From the NCBI GenBank assembly GCA_051362555.1, contig CM120640.1, forward strand, positions 2,728,001 to 2,792,000: 64,000 bases of DNA, given 5' to 3'. The stretch is from Lingula anatina. Taxonomy: Eukaryota; Animalia; Brachiopoda. Made by a program: the position numbers and the translations under genes. Shown in pieces: positions 49,531 to 64,000 of the stretch. The notes under the pieces are model-generated. The model was not told the DNA's origin. It searched no databases and saw only the letters and a list, made by a program, of their open reading frames with translations. Numbering within the stretch: the first letter of the stretch is position 1; each line of letters opens with the position of its first letter.

Positions 49531-52400
49531 AAGAAATATGCTTATCCTAAAGACATGAAAGCGATTTTATTTTGTCGAATTAAAACGAGTTATTGTTTAA
49601 TGTTTGATATAACAACTGAAAAACGTGCTTGCATAGGTTATAATATGGCCATACATTCAACCCATACATCAAGGCCAACACTGGTTACAAAACACAGCAA
49701 TGATAATGACATTAGATAGAAAGACAAACAAATAGGGAAAGAAACATCAAGATGATTTAACTGATTTCTTTTGCCTCAGAGTCAGTTGATGGGCCTCTGT
49801 TGGTGCAAAATGCGTTGCCTGATGGCAGTTGTGCTCTTCTCACCTAACACAATATACGCAACTGACTGCACTGTGCTCCACAGAAAGTCTGACTGTGCAA
49901 TCCTGTTTGACAACATTAACTGGTCTTATCGTGTTAATAATAATTTTATTCCATTAATAAATGGATAAAAGTAAGAAAAAGGAACATTTCATCGAAAGGA
50001 CTTTCCCCGGAGATTTTTTATACTGAAAAGGCATATGTTACATTCTAATAATAATAATAATTCTAAGAATTCTAATAATAATAGGCCTATAAGATTTGTT
50101 AACCTAGTGAATATGAAGGCAGCTCAAATAACGCATTTATATAGAGTATAACTGGGTTTGGTAGTCCAAAAGACTGATAGTGGTAGGCCTTATAAATAAA
50201 TTTGAGGACACCAGGAAAATTCGTTATCAATATTGTCTTGTCCAAAGCACCGTATACGCAACTTTTAAAGCTAGTAGTTTGAGGGGGAGCGGTCGCTCTG
50301 GAATGGAGTACCTCACCCTCCTCTCTTTTCCCTCCTCAGCTGTCAGCCTCAGCGTGTATTGTTAAATCTGGCAGTAATAAATTACATTTGGTTAATTGTG
50401 CGTTTGAGCAAAAAAGAAAAATGCAATTTAATTTCTTCACAATGTTGTTTTTATAAGTTTAAAGACAAAGATCAGCTATGGGTAAAAATGCCAATAAAGA
50501 CATTGTGTTGTCCTCAATATCAAAGCGATGACTGGACGGCTTCTAAAGTCACACAGAATATCCAGGTTAGTCGTGTTATTATTGTTATTATTATTATCGA
50601 AGTACGAAATTCGTAACTTTTATTTTCTGGGCAACCTTGACCGGTACGTGTTAACAATAATGAGCACGTCTCCCGAAGGTGAGAGATCTGTTTATTAACT
50701 GCCAAAACCTATCCCCCACCCATGACTTTAGACACTTTAGACATAATCTTTGACTTCATTAAATGCAATGGCCGGATGTTCGTAACGGGTGTATCACACA
50801 CGAGTGATTTCCAAAACAAGTCTCCAAAGAGGTTCTATAATTCCCGTGTTGTTTGTTTTTGTTGTCATTTGCCATTTGATAGCCGGTGGTCACACGCACG
50901 GTGATCGAGTGACCGCCCGTTTTGTGCGAAAGTTACAGTGAAAACATTACATGCCCGTGCTGTAATAGCAAACATCTTTGTTACAAGTTGTAAAGACGTT
51001 TTCCACTGGCTAAGTGTGACGTCAAAGGTGATGTAAGGATATATCTTATTCAATGAGGCGAATCGCCCGGAAAACAACAGGATACTGTTTCATAGCGAAC
51101 TAACAGAACGGGGCAAGAGACAGTGTGTCAACATGGACAAATGACATGACTTGACTTATGACTGGACATAGTTTTGAAAATAGCCAAAATACCACGAATC
51201 CATAAGTATCCCATTTGTATTTATATTTGTATTTTTTATGGTTATCTTAATTGTTTTGGAATACAAGAATTTGAGGGTGCCCTTTAAATTAATGTAAAAT
51301 ATGGCGGACTGACGCAAAAGGAATCATTTCTAATTTAATTTAGTTGCGAATCAAATGTTTTTGTATATAGTCTAAATCGGAGTCAAATTTTGACAGGTTA
51401 GGATTGTATTTTGATAAAGTAAATAAATATCTTTATCGTTTTACATCTCTATCACTTTTATAAGCACAGGAATTGATTAAGCATCTTTTTGGTGATTTAT
51501 TTGTAATGATCATTTGCGTTAGATCTGAACGGTTCTCTTGATATTAGAGATTCCCACGGTAAAAGATCGTTACAATTGTGAAGTTTACAGACACGAGTGT
51601 ATAATGAATGTAAAATCAAAACACCAGCAATAAATAAGGAAATTGAAATATGATTATATCAGTTCTATTTACTTGTGCAAAAATCGGTCAAACTGCACAA
51701 TTTCACAATGCTTTTGTTGTCGGCTTGCTTTTCAAAAGAGAGAACCGCTTATTCATGACCACTGAAGCGACGTGACTTTCGCTCTATGATTTTACCCTAT
51801 TAAAAACCTTGAAAATTAGTTGCTATAAATATAACTGTAAAAATGAACGGCTGACTACTTTATTTGTCTGTTTGCACTTGAACAACAGTCAAGGTTTGTT
51901 GACATAGGCAGAATTTCTAAACTTTCTTTTATGAGAAGTGTACTAAGCGCCTTCAAGATTTCAATGGCAACACCAAAATCTTTGGCGCTTCGTTGTGGCG
52001 AAGGCCATGTCTTCCTTTTAACTCTTGTCACACTTCTATAGGTGGTCTGTATAACATACATAAAACACAAAATAAATCGACGATCTTTGCCAGTGATAAG
52101 CTTTTCGCGTGAGTCAAAAGAAATTACAGCTGTTTATTGACTTCTTTTTAAATATTTTAAATTGGAAAGAGGGGGACTATATCATTTGGCTTTTTGTTCA
52201 AAAAGAAAATCTCGGCTGTGACAGATTGGTGTTCACCGCATGTTGAAAAGCGTTACCCTGGCTGGCGAATGTTTGCGGCCGTTGTGCAAGATGACAGAGG
52301 GTGTGAATGAATCCAACGTCTCCCCCTCCCCGCTTTCCAAACAATATGGCGGATCCCCCCCCCCCCCCCCACACACACACACACGCACACTTACCCTCCC

Positions 52401-52402
<2 letters not shown>

Positions 52403-52467
<65 letters not shown>
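52403..52467. repeat. (AG)n microsatellite preceded by poly-C and (CA)n
   Basis: About 32 AG units. Confidence 0.97.
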
Positions 52468-52471
<4 letters not shown>

Positions 52472-53972
52472 AATGAATGACATTCTTTTTAAATAAGTAA
52501 GCCATTTCAGGCAGACAACTCCTCCCTCCCCCTTGTTTTATTTATAGAAAAAGGTGGCGGTATTTTTTTTTTATCGTACTCCTATTTTTTTGTTTAGATA
52601 GATGACATATGCTAAAATATTAAAGTTGTGTTGCGTTTTCTTTTAAATTAAATAAAGAGCTTATCTTGATTGAAGAGATAATTAATACGCAAGGTAAAAT
52701 TCTTTTTTCGCGCCAAAACCATGGCCCCGCCCTTTCAAACATCTTTTAAAATGTATCTATATCTGCCAAATGGAACTGAATTGCAAATTAGATTTGCGGT
52801 TAGTTTCGCCGTGTTAATGGTCTGAGAACAATTAATGTTCTGTCTATGCTTGAGGCGAGTGGAATTGAGTATTTAGGTAAGACGCAGGGAATATGACGAA
52901 CTTCATTATTTTCTCATTGTGTAATAAAAGTCATTATTCGCATCATATTACAAAGTTATTTAAGTTCAGATATTATCTTGGCTTGGATGTGATTGCAGAT
53001 GTAGTTTCGCCCTACCTTCGACTCATTTTTCTCTCTCTCCAAAAAAAGAAAAACAAATGCCCCTTCCACAAAAGTGTCACTTCCCACAGGACAGATGGTA
53101 TATTGTCCTTTTCTGAAACAGATTAAAACTTCTTGTATGTCACGTTTTCGTTGTATGACCGTATTAGGTATTGCTATCGTTATTTTTTTGTCTGTTACTC
53201 ACTCAGACAACAAAACGCCCAAGATGCCAAATATGGTTGACTGGGCTCTATGAGAAGTCGCATATACAAGACACTTTCCCTTCTCATCTTTTACAAACAA
53301 GATATATCAAGGGGAAAATGAGCGACACAAGTATGTGATAGCCTTATTATGGAGAGGCATTCGGCGGATTTGTTCCGCGGTTGCACACTCTTTTCACTGG
53401 CCTGCTGTTGGATTACTAGACTGATCCTTATCATAATTCTTATTCATTCCATATTGATATATCGATAAAGACGAGGCATAACCGACATTTTTGAATGCAG
53501 GTAACAATGAGTGAAAGGAAAATTTTAAATATTGACGCATTCCCAGCTGAGAATGTTGATGTAGACTGACTCACAATGATACGTTATGATGATATTTTAT
53601 TGGAACTCATTCTTATGAATAATATGAAGAATAAACTGTCAACGGACATCCACGCTTGGTCGCCTGAAGTCCTCGTGTGATATTTGGGGAAAATTCAAAA
53701 TTTTGCAATTTTTTCTACTTCTTTAATTTAGTTAAGTCCTCCATAAAAATCTAAAAATAAATATTCCGTTCAATAAACAAAATTTTAAAAATCGGCTGAA
53801 AATTAAATGGTATTATAAATATTGACACTATGATTTATAACGGAATGAAAACGCCTTGATTGACATTCCCGCCGAGTTACTGAAAATACACGATAATATC
53901 ATGGTTGACATAAATGTGACATGTCAGTTTTGCAATCTGTGATTGACTTTCATGTCAATATTCGCAATCATT

Positions 53973-54057
53973 ATTCATCGATATTAAAATACACAATATT
54001 CATCGATATTAAAATACACAATATTCACCGACATTAAAATACACAATATTCACCGAC
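53973..54057. repeat. 25-bp minisatellite, ~3.4 copies
   Basis: attca(t/c)cga(t/c)attaaaatacacaat at 53973, 53998, 54023 and 54048. Confidence 0.92.
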
Positions 54058-55729
54058 AGCGGCTTCTTTTAGCATTATATACACATTCATGCGCTATGAA
54101 GTCGAATACACAAGATATTTTACTCGTCTAAATAGTTTAAATCAAAACCTAGACAACTTAATTGTGTCCTTGTAAGGACCACAGTTTTCGTACATAAGCC
54201 CACTAAAACGGCGTCTTAAAATTAGAGCGCTGCGTTCTCTTCTAACTCAGCTGCCAAGTGTCCGTCACGCGGAGTCTGTGTCTTCAAATAAGTCCTAATT
54301 TGGCGGGTGTGGGGGGTAATAATCATTGTTTAGCGATACCTGTACGGCTAGTCTGACATCTTTCCCTCGTCGCTGTATGGGACAAATCCTTGTCACTTAC
54401 TGCCACTTTGGTGAAATAGCCGGCGCTTAGTTTGTCGCATGTCTGTCGGTTATAGAAAAGTGCACGTTGGATATACTTTTATGGTCGCAAACTCTTGGGA
54501 TGGTTTAGGAGGGAGACTGGGATGGGGTGGGTTGGGGGGGGGGGGGTTGCAGACTTGCGCTTTAAAAAAGGATTTTGATCTGTTTTGAAGGACTTTTAAC
54601 CACGTTTTTTCGTAGATATGGATCAATTTTCCTTTGCGCTCGCTCTTCAAAATCCTTCTCTGCGTATCATTGTGGCAGCGCACATAAATGAGACAAAATT
54701 CTCACAAGTTTGCGCGAACTTAAAAGTACGTCTAACAACTTCGAAAAGCGGATATATTATAATAGGTGGTGGCGACGTCGATCCCACCCTAAGGGTATTC
54801 GCCTCCGAAGTGGCCGCCGCCTACTAAAGGGAGGCCCTAGTCATTTTTGCTATGACTTCTTATGATAAAAACTATTACAAAAACACTAATGAATAATCTT
54901 TACCAAACAAATATTTTTCGAAAACTTTCCGGTTAGCGCAGGAAATTGTGCACTGGAAAAATGGGCGCATATCGTGTTTCATGAGAAGAAAACAAACGCA
55001 AAGTTAGGCCAAGTTGGGGAGAGGCAATTTCCGCGCCTTTATGTCCGCAATGTCCACTGGGGATTGACCCTGTGAACAGTTATAGTATACAAGAACTTGG
55101 AAGGGTTTGCCTATTGGCCTGCTGCTTGTTTTCTCTAGCAATAAGTATGTGTAGGCATAGAAGAAGCGGTAGCGATCACATCACACCCCACCTTTGTGGT
55201 GATATTGTTACTGTAAGCAAGGAGCTGTGCCCCGTGACCACAAGAATGCATGCATTCTCGGCCTGCGAGTTCGTGGAGGAAAAAGTTGAGCCAAGGGTGT
55301 GTGATTGTTATCATAACAGCGATGATCGGGTGCAATTTTATTGAAAAACGAGTTTTAATCATGTCAGTTTAACACCTCTTTTTTTCATTCTTATTTTGAA
55401 ATTTTTGTTTAGGCAACGCTATCTGTGTTTGAATCAGTGAAGCTCGACTTGAGCCCCTTGCACAATTGTTGGTAATGAAAATTGTAATCATGAATAATTT
55501 CAGTGTTCAGAACGAACGCTTATGGTGTCTGTTAAATCAGTCGTCCTTGCTTTGACCATCGTCTCAATAAATAGTAAATCCCTAAATAACTTATGCATGT
55601 TATATAATGCTTCAGATACTTCGCTTATAGATATACTAATACAAGAAAAAAATAGAAAAAAAATCACATGGTTCACAAACTGTGGCCAAAGTCCAAACCC
55701 CGCTCAAGTGGGTAAAATTAGTGGGGGAG

Positions 55730-56119
55730 CAATGAACCAATCATGCGGGAAATCGAAGCCTCTCAAAAGCGAGGAAGTTTCCAGTGACCCAATAAGCTGG
55801 CCATTGTTCCCTGTGAAAGGAAAAGTAACACGCAAATGATGTGATTGACGGCTTGCATATCACGGGTCGTGTTTCTCGTTTCATTCACAAAATAGGATCA
55901 CAGCTAGCGAGAAGGCAGGGGGCTATGAACAGTGGTTACCCCACCGCAGTAGACTCAGAGAGGGAAGAACGTCGAAGGCAGTGCACGCGATGCTTCGTGT
56001 TGGTCAATGGTAACACGAGGGTAGTTTAACAGCGTTGTCTTCATAAAACATTTGGTTCTAAGAATTCTGTTACCTCAAAGTGATCGTTACCAAGGGAAGA
56101 GTTGGCTGCGCCGTGACCG
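55730..56119 (+). promoter_or_regulatory. Candidate promoter and non-coding first exon of a downstream + strand gene
   Basis: CCAAT at ~55738 and ~55790, ATTGG at ~55113, CpG-rich sequence, and a strong donor CCG|GTAAGT after 56119. Confidence 0.4.
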
Positions 56120-57106
56120 GTAAGTTCAAGACTTGAATGTTATTGTTGGTGATTGTGTATGTGCTGCGCAAGGCGTTCTAGTACATGTACGAAGATCCAT
56201 GGCAGTTCTTGATTTCGGGATATTTTGAAGATATTTGCAAATATTTAAGTTCAGCTTTTGCGGTAATCACATACTGTGGCCTCGGAGAAAAAATTAAGTT
56301 TGTTATGCTTAAGCTTTGTAAAACTTCGAGCACTTTCATTAGTTATACCTTTGGTCGATTTCTTTTGCATCTACAATGTAGTCTCGAAGGGAGCGTCTCG
56401 ACAATCGGCAGGTTCATTGGTCCAAAAAATCGTTTCTCGAACACCGTCATCCTTACCGCAGTAGCCCGTTTCTATCAAAAGATAAGACATGGGTCTTGTA
56501 AAAAAGGGGTGGTGCTTGAGTTAGAACCTAGTTGTTAATTAAATGTCTCGCGACGCTGATGATTTTCCTCAATTTATGTGTAATCACTTTGAATTGGCGA
56601 CATAGTGTCAACAACGACAGGATTAAGAGAATTATTGTCGGTAAAGTCATGATCCCCACTTAAATTAATACAACACATACAACCTAATACGTCCTTTGTC
56701 GATGATAATTCTAAATTTAGATGTAAATGGCCTGGGTTCGACAAAATATGGTTATTAGCTTTAATAATTGACCCTTATAAAATGGGGTGTTTTTCCTAAT
56801 CCGAGGGATTTAAATTGCTGTGGAAATCATTGTTTAGTTTGAAATGGGCATGTTATTGAGAATGATATAAACAGGGGCCAAATCCAGCGACGTGCGGGTC
56901 TGCTTAACATGCACTTCGAATAAACACAGTTGTTTTGTGTTTAACTTAGGATTTTTGTTTGAAACATCACTCCCTGGAAACTGATTTTAAGAAAAAAATT
57001 CCCTGAAAGATGGTTCATCTTAATTAAATCATAAAATATATGATGATATGCATGTTTGATTTTTATTTTTGTGAGTCGTTGGACATAAAGTCGGCTTTGG
57101 TTGTTT

Positions 57107-57123
57107 CTTCTTCTTCTTCTTCT

Positions 57124-57156
<33 letters not shown>
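57107..57156. repeat. (CTT)n followed by (GATA)n microsatellite
   Basis: Direct reading. Confidence 0.95.
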
Positions 57157-57157
<1 letters not shown>

Positions 57158-60100
57158 AAGGTACGTGATAGATTTGTTAACTAGAAATGCGACTTCCTTG
57201 AGTTCCGTGCTAGTATGTTGTATGACCGGGGAGGGGGAATCAAAATCATGCGCTAACAAAAATCGATTATCTTATTAATATCATAGGCAGCTATGTCAAC
57301 ATCATGATAACATATGTAATCCCCAGAAATACCCACAAATTGCAACAGGAATAGTTTTACAAAAATCAGTAATCTGTTCCTAGCTTAGCCACTTCACTAA
57401 CGAGCTGATGATTCAATAGCCAACACTTTGCGGGGGGACTTCGCCGAGTCACGGTTAAGAACTCTTGGGTTAACAGATCAAAAGGTCTTAACCTTTGCAT
57501 ACTGAAAAGTTACTGATCGGTCATCGGTCATTAAAGCCTCTAAGGCAGAGAAATAATTTGATTACGACAACACGAAACAATAGGCAACAATTAGGCGGCG
57601 CCCGGTTAGCGAACGTAGCATTCCCGACAACAGAGCTCCCATTTTGTAAAATTTTCTAAATGGAAAGATGGCGGGAAATTTTTAAAATCCAGCTACAAAG
57701 CCGATTTGAAATAAATTAATTTAACGAATATCTAGGGCATCTATGCATAACGATTGATTTTCCGCCTTCACTGTCCTGTACAAATAGCTCGTGTTGAAAG
57801 TTTACATTCCCACAATGCATTAGCTAAACAATCAGCAACTAATCCTGTTAAACCTATTCAGGTGCGTTGTATTGAATGATTTCACTCAAAGGGTGACGTC
57901 ACTTATCGAGTCGATCCTGATTGTAATTCGTCAAGAATGAATGAATTCAACCCCAGGTTGTGTGTATGGGCAAACTTAACGAATCCACGGTATAATTTAA
58001 CACTGTTGAAATTTCCACGGGGATAATACGCGGTGTAAATATCGCATCCCAAATCTCAGAATCGAGTCCGTCGGGAATGCGTTTAAGGGTTAAGGATATA
58101 ACGAAGGGATAATTCCCTCCGCGGTGCTGCCAATGATTACTGCATCTCATTGACTGGCGAGTACCTGGCCTTCCAAAGCTTATCAAAAATTCATAACAGT
58201 TCGATATGTATTGAAGTTGTGTGGTAGCCGCTTTCAGGCAACAAGGCTATCAGACTTAAGATGAAGTCATAAAACCAGAAAGTAAACGAGCAAACCACAG
58301 TAAAAAGAACGACGCCTTAGACGCACAGGGTGGAATTACAGCTGTAACTCTACATTTTGAAGTTGGGAGCTCTAGAGAAATCTTCGGGATAATAGGGCAT
58401 TTTAAATCATATTAAAGAAGGTAAGCAGAAATTTATTTCAAATAATCCATCTATAGGCGAAAACTTATTGGATTAAGCCTTTGAAAAGGGCGTCTTGGGA
58501 TACACAAGTGCTGAATTTAATTGTGGTAATTGGATTCAGCACAAGTTCTAAACGTTTGATGGCAGCAAAAAAACTCTCATTATCAATACAGTGAATAAAT
58601 GTTGATTTTTATTGAATAAAGTGTACGTGCTGAAAAAAATAATATTTACTTTTGGTTATTGAAACCAGACCGGTTCCTTTATACACTGAATAGAAGCAAA
58701 AATGCAAGACGTTCTTCAGTTGTGGCAACAGTGAGACGTAGGAGGACGTAAAAACAATGAAGTCAGTTAAGACAAAAGTACAATGTTATAGATTGCGGAT
58801 GTCCAGATCGATTAGTTCATTTGCCTGGTCAACGCTATGGACAATTGGTAAAACGGTATTTTAACAAGCCTTTATTTATCCCTTGCCAATAACGTTAATG
58901 ACGATTCCCCAATAAAATAAAGTCTCATGCGGAGAGACTGATTAGCTTAATCAATGGGTTTGCCGTGACACAAAGAACCAACTTCAACAGGGACTTCTCA
59001 ACGTTATTCACATATCTCTCTGTGTGAGAAAAAGTGACTTTGGTAGGTACTGTGATGAAGAAAATATTAATATTAATAGTGTTTGGAACCAAATGTTGAT
59101 AATTGCGCACGAGCGTTTGGTAATATCTTAGACACAAGAAAGGCAAGGTACATTTATAGATAATAGATTGAATAAGATTTTGATTCAACTCCAGGATCCT
59201 TTTTATGGTTAACATGATTTAAATTACGCATCAATTATTGTTTTTATTTGTCATCTTACGTTAGAATAGTAACAACTTTGAGGTGAAGATCAAACGTAAT
59301 TACAGTCCATGTTAGATAACATACACTGAAGCATGATCTAGATAGAAGATCGACATTTCAGTTCGCACTCGTATGTATCGATCACAGTCGCGTCACAAGA
59401 TCAAGGTAGGTCCACATGTTAAAAGTCGATCTTTGACCAGAAACCAAATTCTTCCGAGTGCAAATCATCATCATAGGTCAACATTTCGCTGCAACGAAAT
59501 ATCAAAGTACTATTGTTACGTGAAATTAGATGGGGGCAAACAACATGGAAAAATCAATTGGATAAGAAATTGGTTTATTTCAATTAGTTTGAATAGAAAT
59601 GTGGGAATTGGTGTGTAAATGAACTGAACGATGAGGTAAATTACCACAGGTTGATCACGTCCTTGTGGCGCCAGTGCTTATAATTCCCAATAGACTTGCA
59701 CTGGATGTTATTGTCAGAGTATTGTCAGCGTATTCTGCCCAACACAACGTCAACTTCTTCGCGGTTCACTTGTCGGAGCATCCTATAGAAACCCGTGAAT
59801 GGCGATCCTGCCCATAACGACCTGTGGTATAACTATTTACTCTTGGACTGGGGAAAAAAGATTGGTATTTCTATATATAGGAGGGTCTACTATACGCATT
59901 TATGTTCTGTGACGAGGTGAAGGGGTTAAGTTTACATATGGCCGGAAGTGCATCTCGGTTTTCTCCCGGGGGATTCTTCGGTTCAGAAGGGTTGTTGAAT
60001 TGGATCAGCTGAGAGGAAACCCGAAAACTCTGCACCTTTTTATCATGTTTCAACTCACCTAGAATAAAACAGTGAATGAAAAGAACTGAGCGCAAATCTA

Positions 60101-63100
60101 AGTTTTCTTATACTTTCCCGTGCGTCAGTCTTGGGACCTACATGTAACTTCAACCAGGAAATTATTTCGGATATAATTCCCTGCTTCGACCAAGTTATAA
60201 TATCAAAGTTATGGATTTTTAAGGTATTTCTTTTTATTAGCTCCAAGAACGGAGGAGATTATGTTATCATGATAACTATTGAGATTTTTTCATTTCTTGT
60301 ATTTGTCATTTTTATTCATTTATATATTTATATTAGGCGGGAATGGACAGAGTAGGAAAGAAGTAGGCAGCTGCATTTTGACCTTTGCAAGCCATGTACA
60401 ATATTCTGATGCCTTTTCACATTTTTTTTCTTCTTTTCCGTCATGTCACACATATCGGAACTGAACAGGGTTTCGCATTCAAAGTTCCACATTTATCCAG
60501 AATAGGTGGCGATACTGTTGCAAGAACTGATTAAAAACAGTTTGAAATTTCAACCGCATGATTGCAAGATGATGAGACAAATATTAGTGGAAACCTGTCT
60601 GTTTCTATGCGTTTGAGGACACTTGAGAGCGTCTTGACCCATAAGTGGGCGCCTTCCATTAAATATATATTTTTTCAAGGGTGTATCGCATGTCCTTGTG
60701 ATGAGGTCTGGTTTATAGCTTTTCAAACTTCAACATGAGACCCTGCCATCAAGTGCCTGGGTGACATGTTAGACTGCCACTTGAATGAATTCACGTCCTC
60801 TGGTTGTGATGATTAGTTAGCACTCATATATATGATATAGTCTCCGGAGTCGAGTAGATATTTGTAGCAAATGGTAATCCCTGTTCAAGTTGACCGGCAG
60901 ATAATAAGCTTTCACAATATTATGACAACGATGGCTGTGGAATGATCGTGCGGACCAAGCTCGGAAATATCGGCAGAGTCAACAAACTCACATTGTTGGC
61001 GTATATCGAGTTAAGTTAACAAGGTTGATTAAGACATGTCGTCAAACAGGGGACATGTGACACGTGCGCATTAAAGGTTATAATAGCGGTACTGGGATTC
61101 TTGGTTACTTTAAACGTTAAATTAGAGTTTGCCTTCCTTGACGGTTATTAAACACAGAGCTTAGGAAAAGACAAGTTATTATAATTATAACACATGTTGG
61201 TAACACAAAACTCATAGCTCACAGGTCTACCCAGTGATTACTTGAAAATATCACCCAAGTATGGGAACTGTAGGCACGTGTCTTGTAATATGATATGATA
61301 CTAATGATGCAGGATAAGAACTGTGTTACGTCTATCGATTGAGTGACATGTCGTGTTCCTCATGCATTATTGCTAAGGTGACATAATGCGTCTTCCGCGT
61401 GCAAGCCACTTCCGATTTCATTAGTGTCAATGGATGAACAGCAGGAAAATCGATTTGGTGGGAAGGGCTGTTTTTGTAACGTTTGAATTGTTCTTTTGGC
61501 ATAGAAGGAATCGCCGTAAGATTATATAAGAAATGAAAAAATACGAGATTTCCCACTTTGATATTATAATTTTTGTATATATTATATGACATTCAAGCAA
61601 TTTTGGTATTAAAATACGGAAAAATATAAGGAACAATGATTCATAAACGCAAGAAAATACGTGAACAAATTGACAAATGAAGGACATAAGCGTCATTCAC
61701 AGCACATATCAATGAACGTGAGTATGTGTATTCTGTTTGCGATTAATGTCGTAATTGTTTGATTCACAAAAGCAATTACTACTAGACCTTTAATGTTATT
61801 ACTCGAACCTGGTAGACAGTTCCAGAGCTTTCTCCCCGTATCGATCTCATTATGAGTCGCGATGAATCAGACATGCCTCGGAACTAATGTTGCGTTAACG
61901 AATATGAGCGAGAGTAATGCTTAATATGTTTTGGGTAGTGACTTAGAACTATTGAAGGGGAACGGGTTGTTTTTTGTTAGGTTGACCTCATATCGATACA
62001 CACATGCCGATAGGTGTTTCCACGTCATTTTGGAGAAAGAGAAATCCCAGGGTCTCACTCAGCCTGGATCAGGAGTATTCTGTGGTTGTTTATGTGTTGG
62101 CGCGCACCTTGATAAAATCGTTGTAACGTGTTGTATACCTTCGGTCTGACACTTGATGTTATTGACAACCGAAATGGCAACAAGTCTGACACATTTCAAG
62201 GTTATCCGTCTTAAGTTATAAGATTATCCTTATTAAATAAGATATGATAAAATATCGTGCAAAATGTTTGCGAATGGGCCTTGCTAATCTCTTCGTTGAC
62301 TCACCTTAATTACCAATACTGCCACATATCTCTTACGGGAAAAGAAGCTATCTAAAAAAAAATGGATAGATGAAAAGATTTTGAAAATCAAACACTTCGA
62401 CTTATATATAATTTGTTAGCTTTTGTATAGGAAAGTTCATCTAAGTCTGTTCAAGACTGGCACGTCGCTTAGCCTTCTGGAAGTGTTAGTGGTAGAAAGG
62501 GGCGATACTCCGAAATTTGCGGAGTACTTACTCCTTATGTAAAGTTATCGAAATGAAAATGAAAATGAAAATGCAATAATCACTGATCCCTGCAGAAAAT
62601 TGTGAAAACAACAGATGTTTAACATTCATTCCATAATATTTTGGGATTAAGAAAGTTAAATAAAGGAAACTGCAACGCTGAATGATGGAGGGGAGGGACC
62701 GCGAGCAGGACCCTGGATGTTCTTATTTGCTAACAGAATTGTTCAAATGACTCAGGAACGGCTGTGTAAGTTTATTAATAGGCCAAAATCCAAAGCCGTG
62801 TCACAATTCAAACCAGGTTTTGGAAGATTAAAGAGTGGGCATAAAGCGCTGTGTTTACTAACACGAATTTCAGATAGAAATGACGCAAACCAAGTAGAAA
62901 GACATCCCCCTCCGGTCCCGCTTGAAATAGCTCAGCCTTTTATTTACAATTTGCATGTAGAGAGTAAACAACGTAGTGTCCGTCACAAACGTGTTGCAGC
63001 ACAACGTGTGTCCGTTACGTAAACTTACACGCACTTGATGACATTAACAACGTTCAATCAATAGCGGGAACCACAAGCAAATTTACTCGTATGTTTACAG

Positions 63101-63801
63101 GCCGGTCATGGTCAAATACGTGTCACAGGGGTGTAAATATGATTAAGATGATTAGCTTTCACCCTTAGGTCCACGGATGAAAAGTGTCACCAGGCGAAGA
63201 TTGTTCAACACATTGTCACTTTAATTACCTGCAAACTCATTTTGACTAGATCAATAGATATTTGGGTAAACTTTATATAAAAAAGGACAAGAATAGGCCA
63301 AAAGTCCTGGGCATTCGCTTAACATTGTGATAATCCCCACTCCATTGTTCAATTAATCGTTCAATAATATGCACACAGCTAAAGGGTATTAGTATTGGAA
63401 ATAGATTCATAATGTTGATGAATATCAATGATGTTTAGAGGGAAAACTTTCCAGCGCCCATTGACAAGGTGGGCATTCTTCCTTGTTTTTAGATAGTTGG
63501 CGAAAGAATTTCACAGTGTCAACACTGCCATAACGTTACACGATTTCCGTGCGTCTTGTGTACATTTTCCTCAATGTAGTCATTGAGGAGAGCGGATATT
63601 TGAGCACTGATCGGAGACTTACTGTGTTTTTCTATTTCTTCAGATACAGATTAGTAAAGAACTTCACCACATTTAAACTGCAACGGCTTAGTGTGGGCAG
63701 TAGAGAAAGAACAAGGAAGACTGCACAGAAGAAAGTCTTGCCGCAGCCCGAGGGTGAATGCCGGACCTACAGGGTAGCCCGTGTAAAGGAACCCGATCAC
63801 C

Positions 63802-63810
63802 ATGAGTGAG
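63802..63810 (+). CDS. Probable first coding nucleotides (Met-Ser-Glu) of an unidentified gene continuing beyond the window
   Basis: Exon 63644-63810 has a strong acceptor (ttttctatttcttcag), Kozak-like CACCATG, and a strong donor GAG|GTGAGC. Confidence 0.4.
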
Positions 63811-64000
63811 GTGAGCTACGGGGCACGGTTTGCCCACCCAAGTCATTCCCAGTCACGGTTTTTCGTATTAAAGTAATGTAACCTACAGTCTCCGGAGCGG
63901 GATTGCATGTTGTTGTCATTTTATTTGATTGATATTCTTCGTTTGTTCAAAATATATACCCAAGCATAGCCACCGTGAATGGCGTTGATCACGAAAGCCC

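Noticed and set aside
49400-63600. Numerous 60-117 aa ORFs, and a search for tRNA, rRNA or transposase/RT genes
   Set aside because: No domain resemblance or consistent exon chains; no cloverleaf, rRNA or autonomous TE coding sequence recognised by eye.

Overview
AT-rich, intron-rich animal genomic DNA, most likely a mollusc or other lophotrochozoan (inferred from TE types and composition, not proven). Gene order: (1) 5' part of a minus-strand alpha2-delta/CACHD1-like gene; (2) head-to-head with it, a 16-exon RIOK1 (1417-20430, +), whose last introns carry an RTE-like LINE stub, a Harbinger-type MITE and two Helentron-associated (HINE-like) elements with internal satellites; (3) a PLAC8/cornifelin-family gene with an intronless CDS (-); (4) a 13-exon PEX3 (+); (5) a very large (~3,470 aa) minus-strand gene with 14 extended Tudor domains; (6) a CpG-richer, ORF-poor 15 kb region holding the probable 5' exons of a further + strand gene. 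The most unusual signal is in the Tudor gene: three independent tandem duplications straddle splice junctions. The largest places 12 extra copies of a 3' splice site plus exon start upstream of the real acceptor, and the exon-derived variants in these copies are mostly synonymous. All exon models were read by eye from GT-AG sites and frame continuity; no searches were run.
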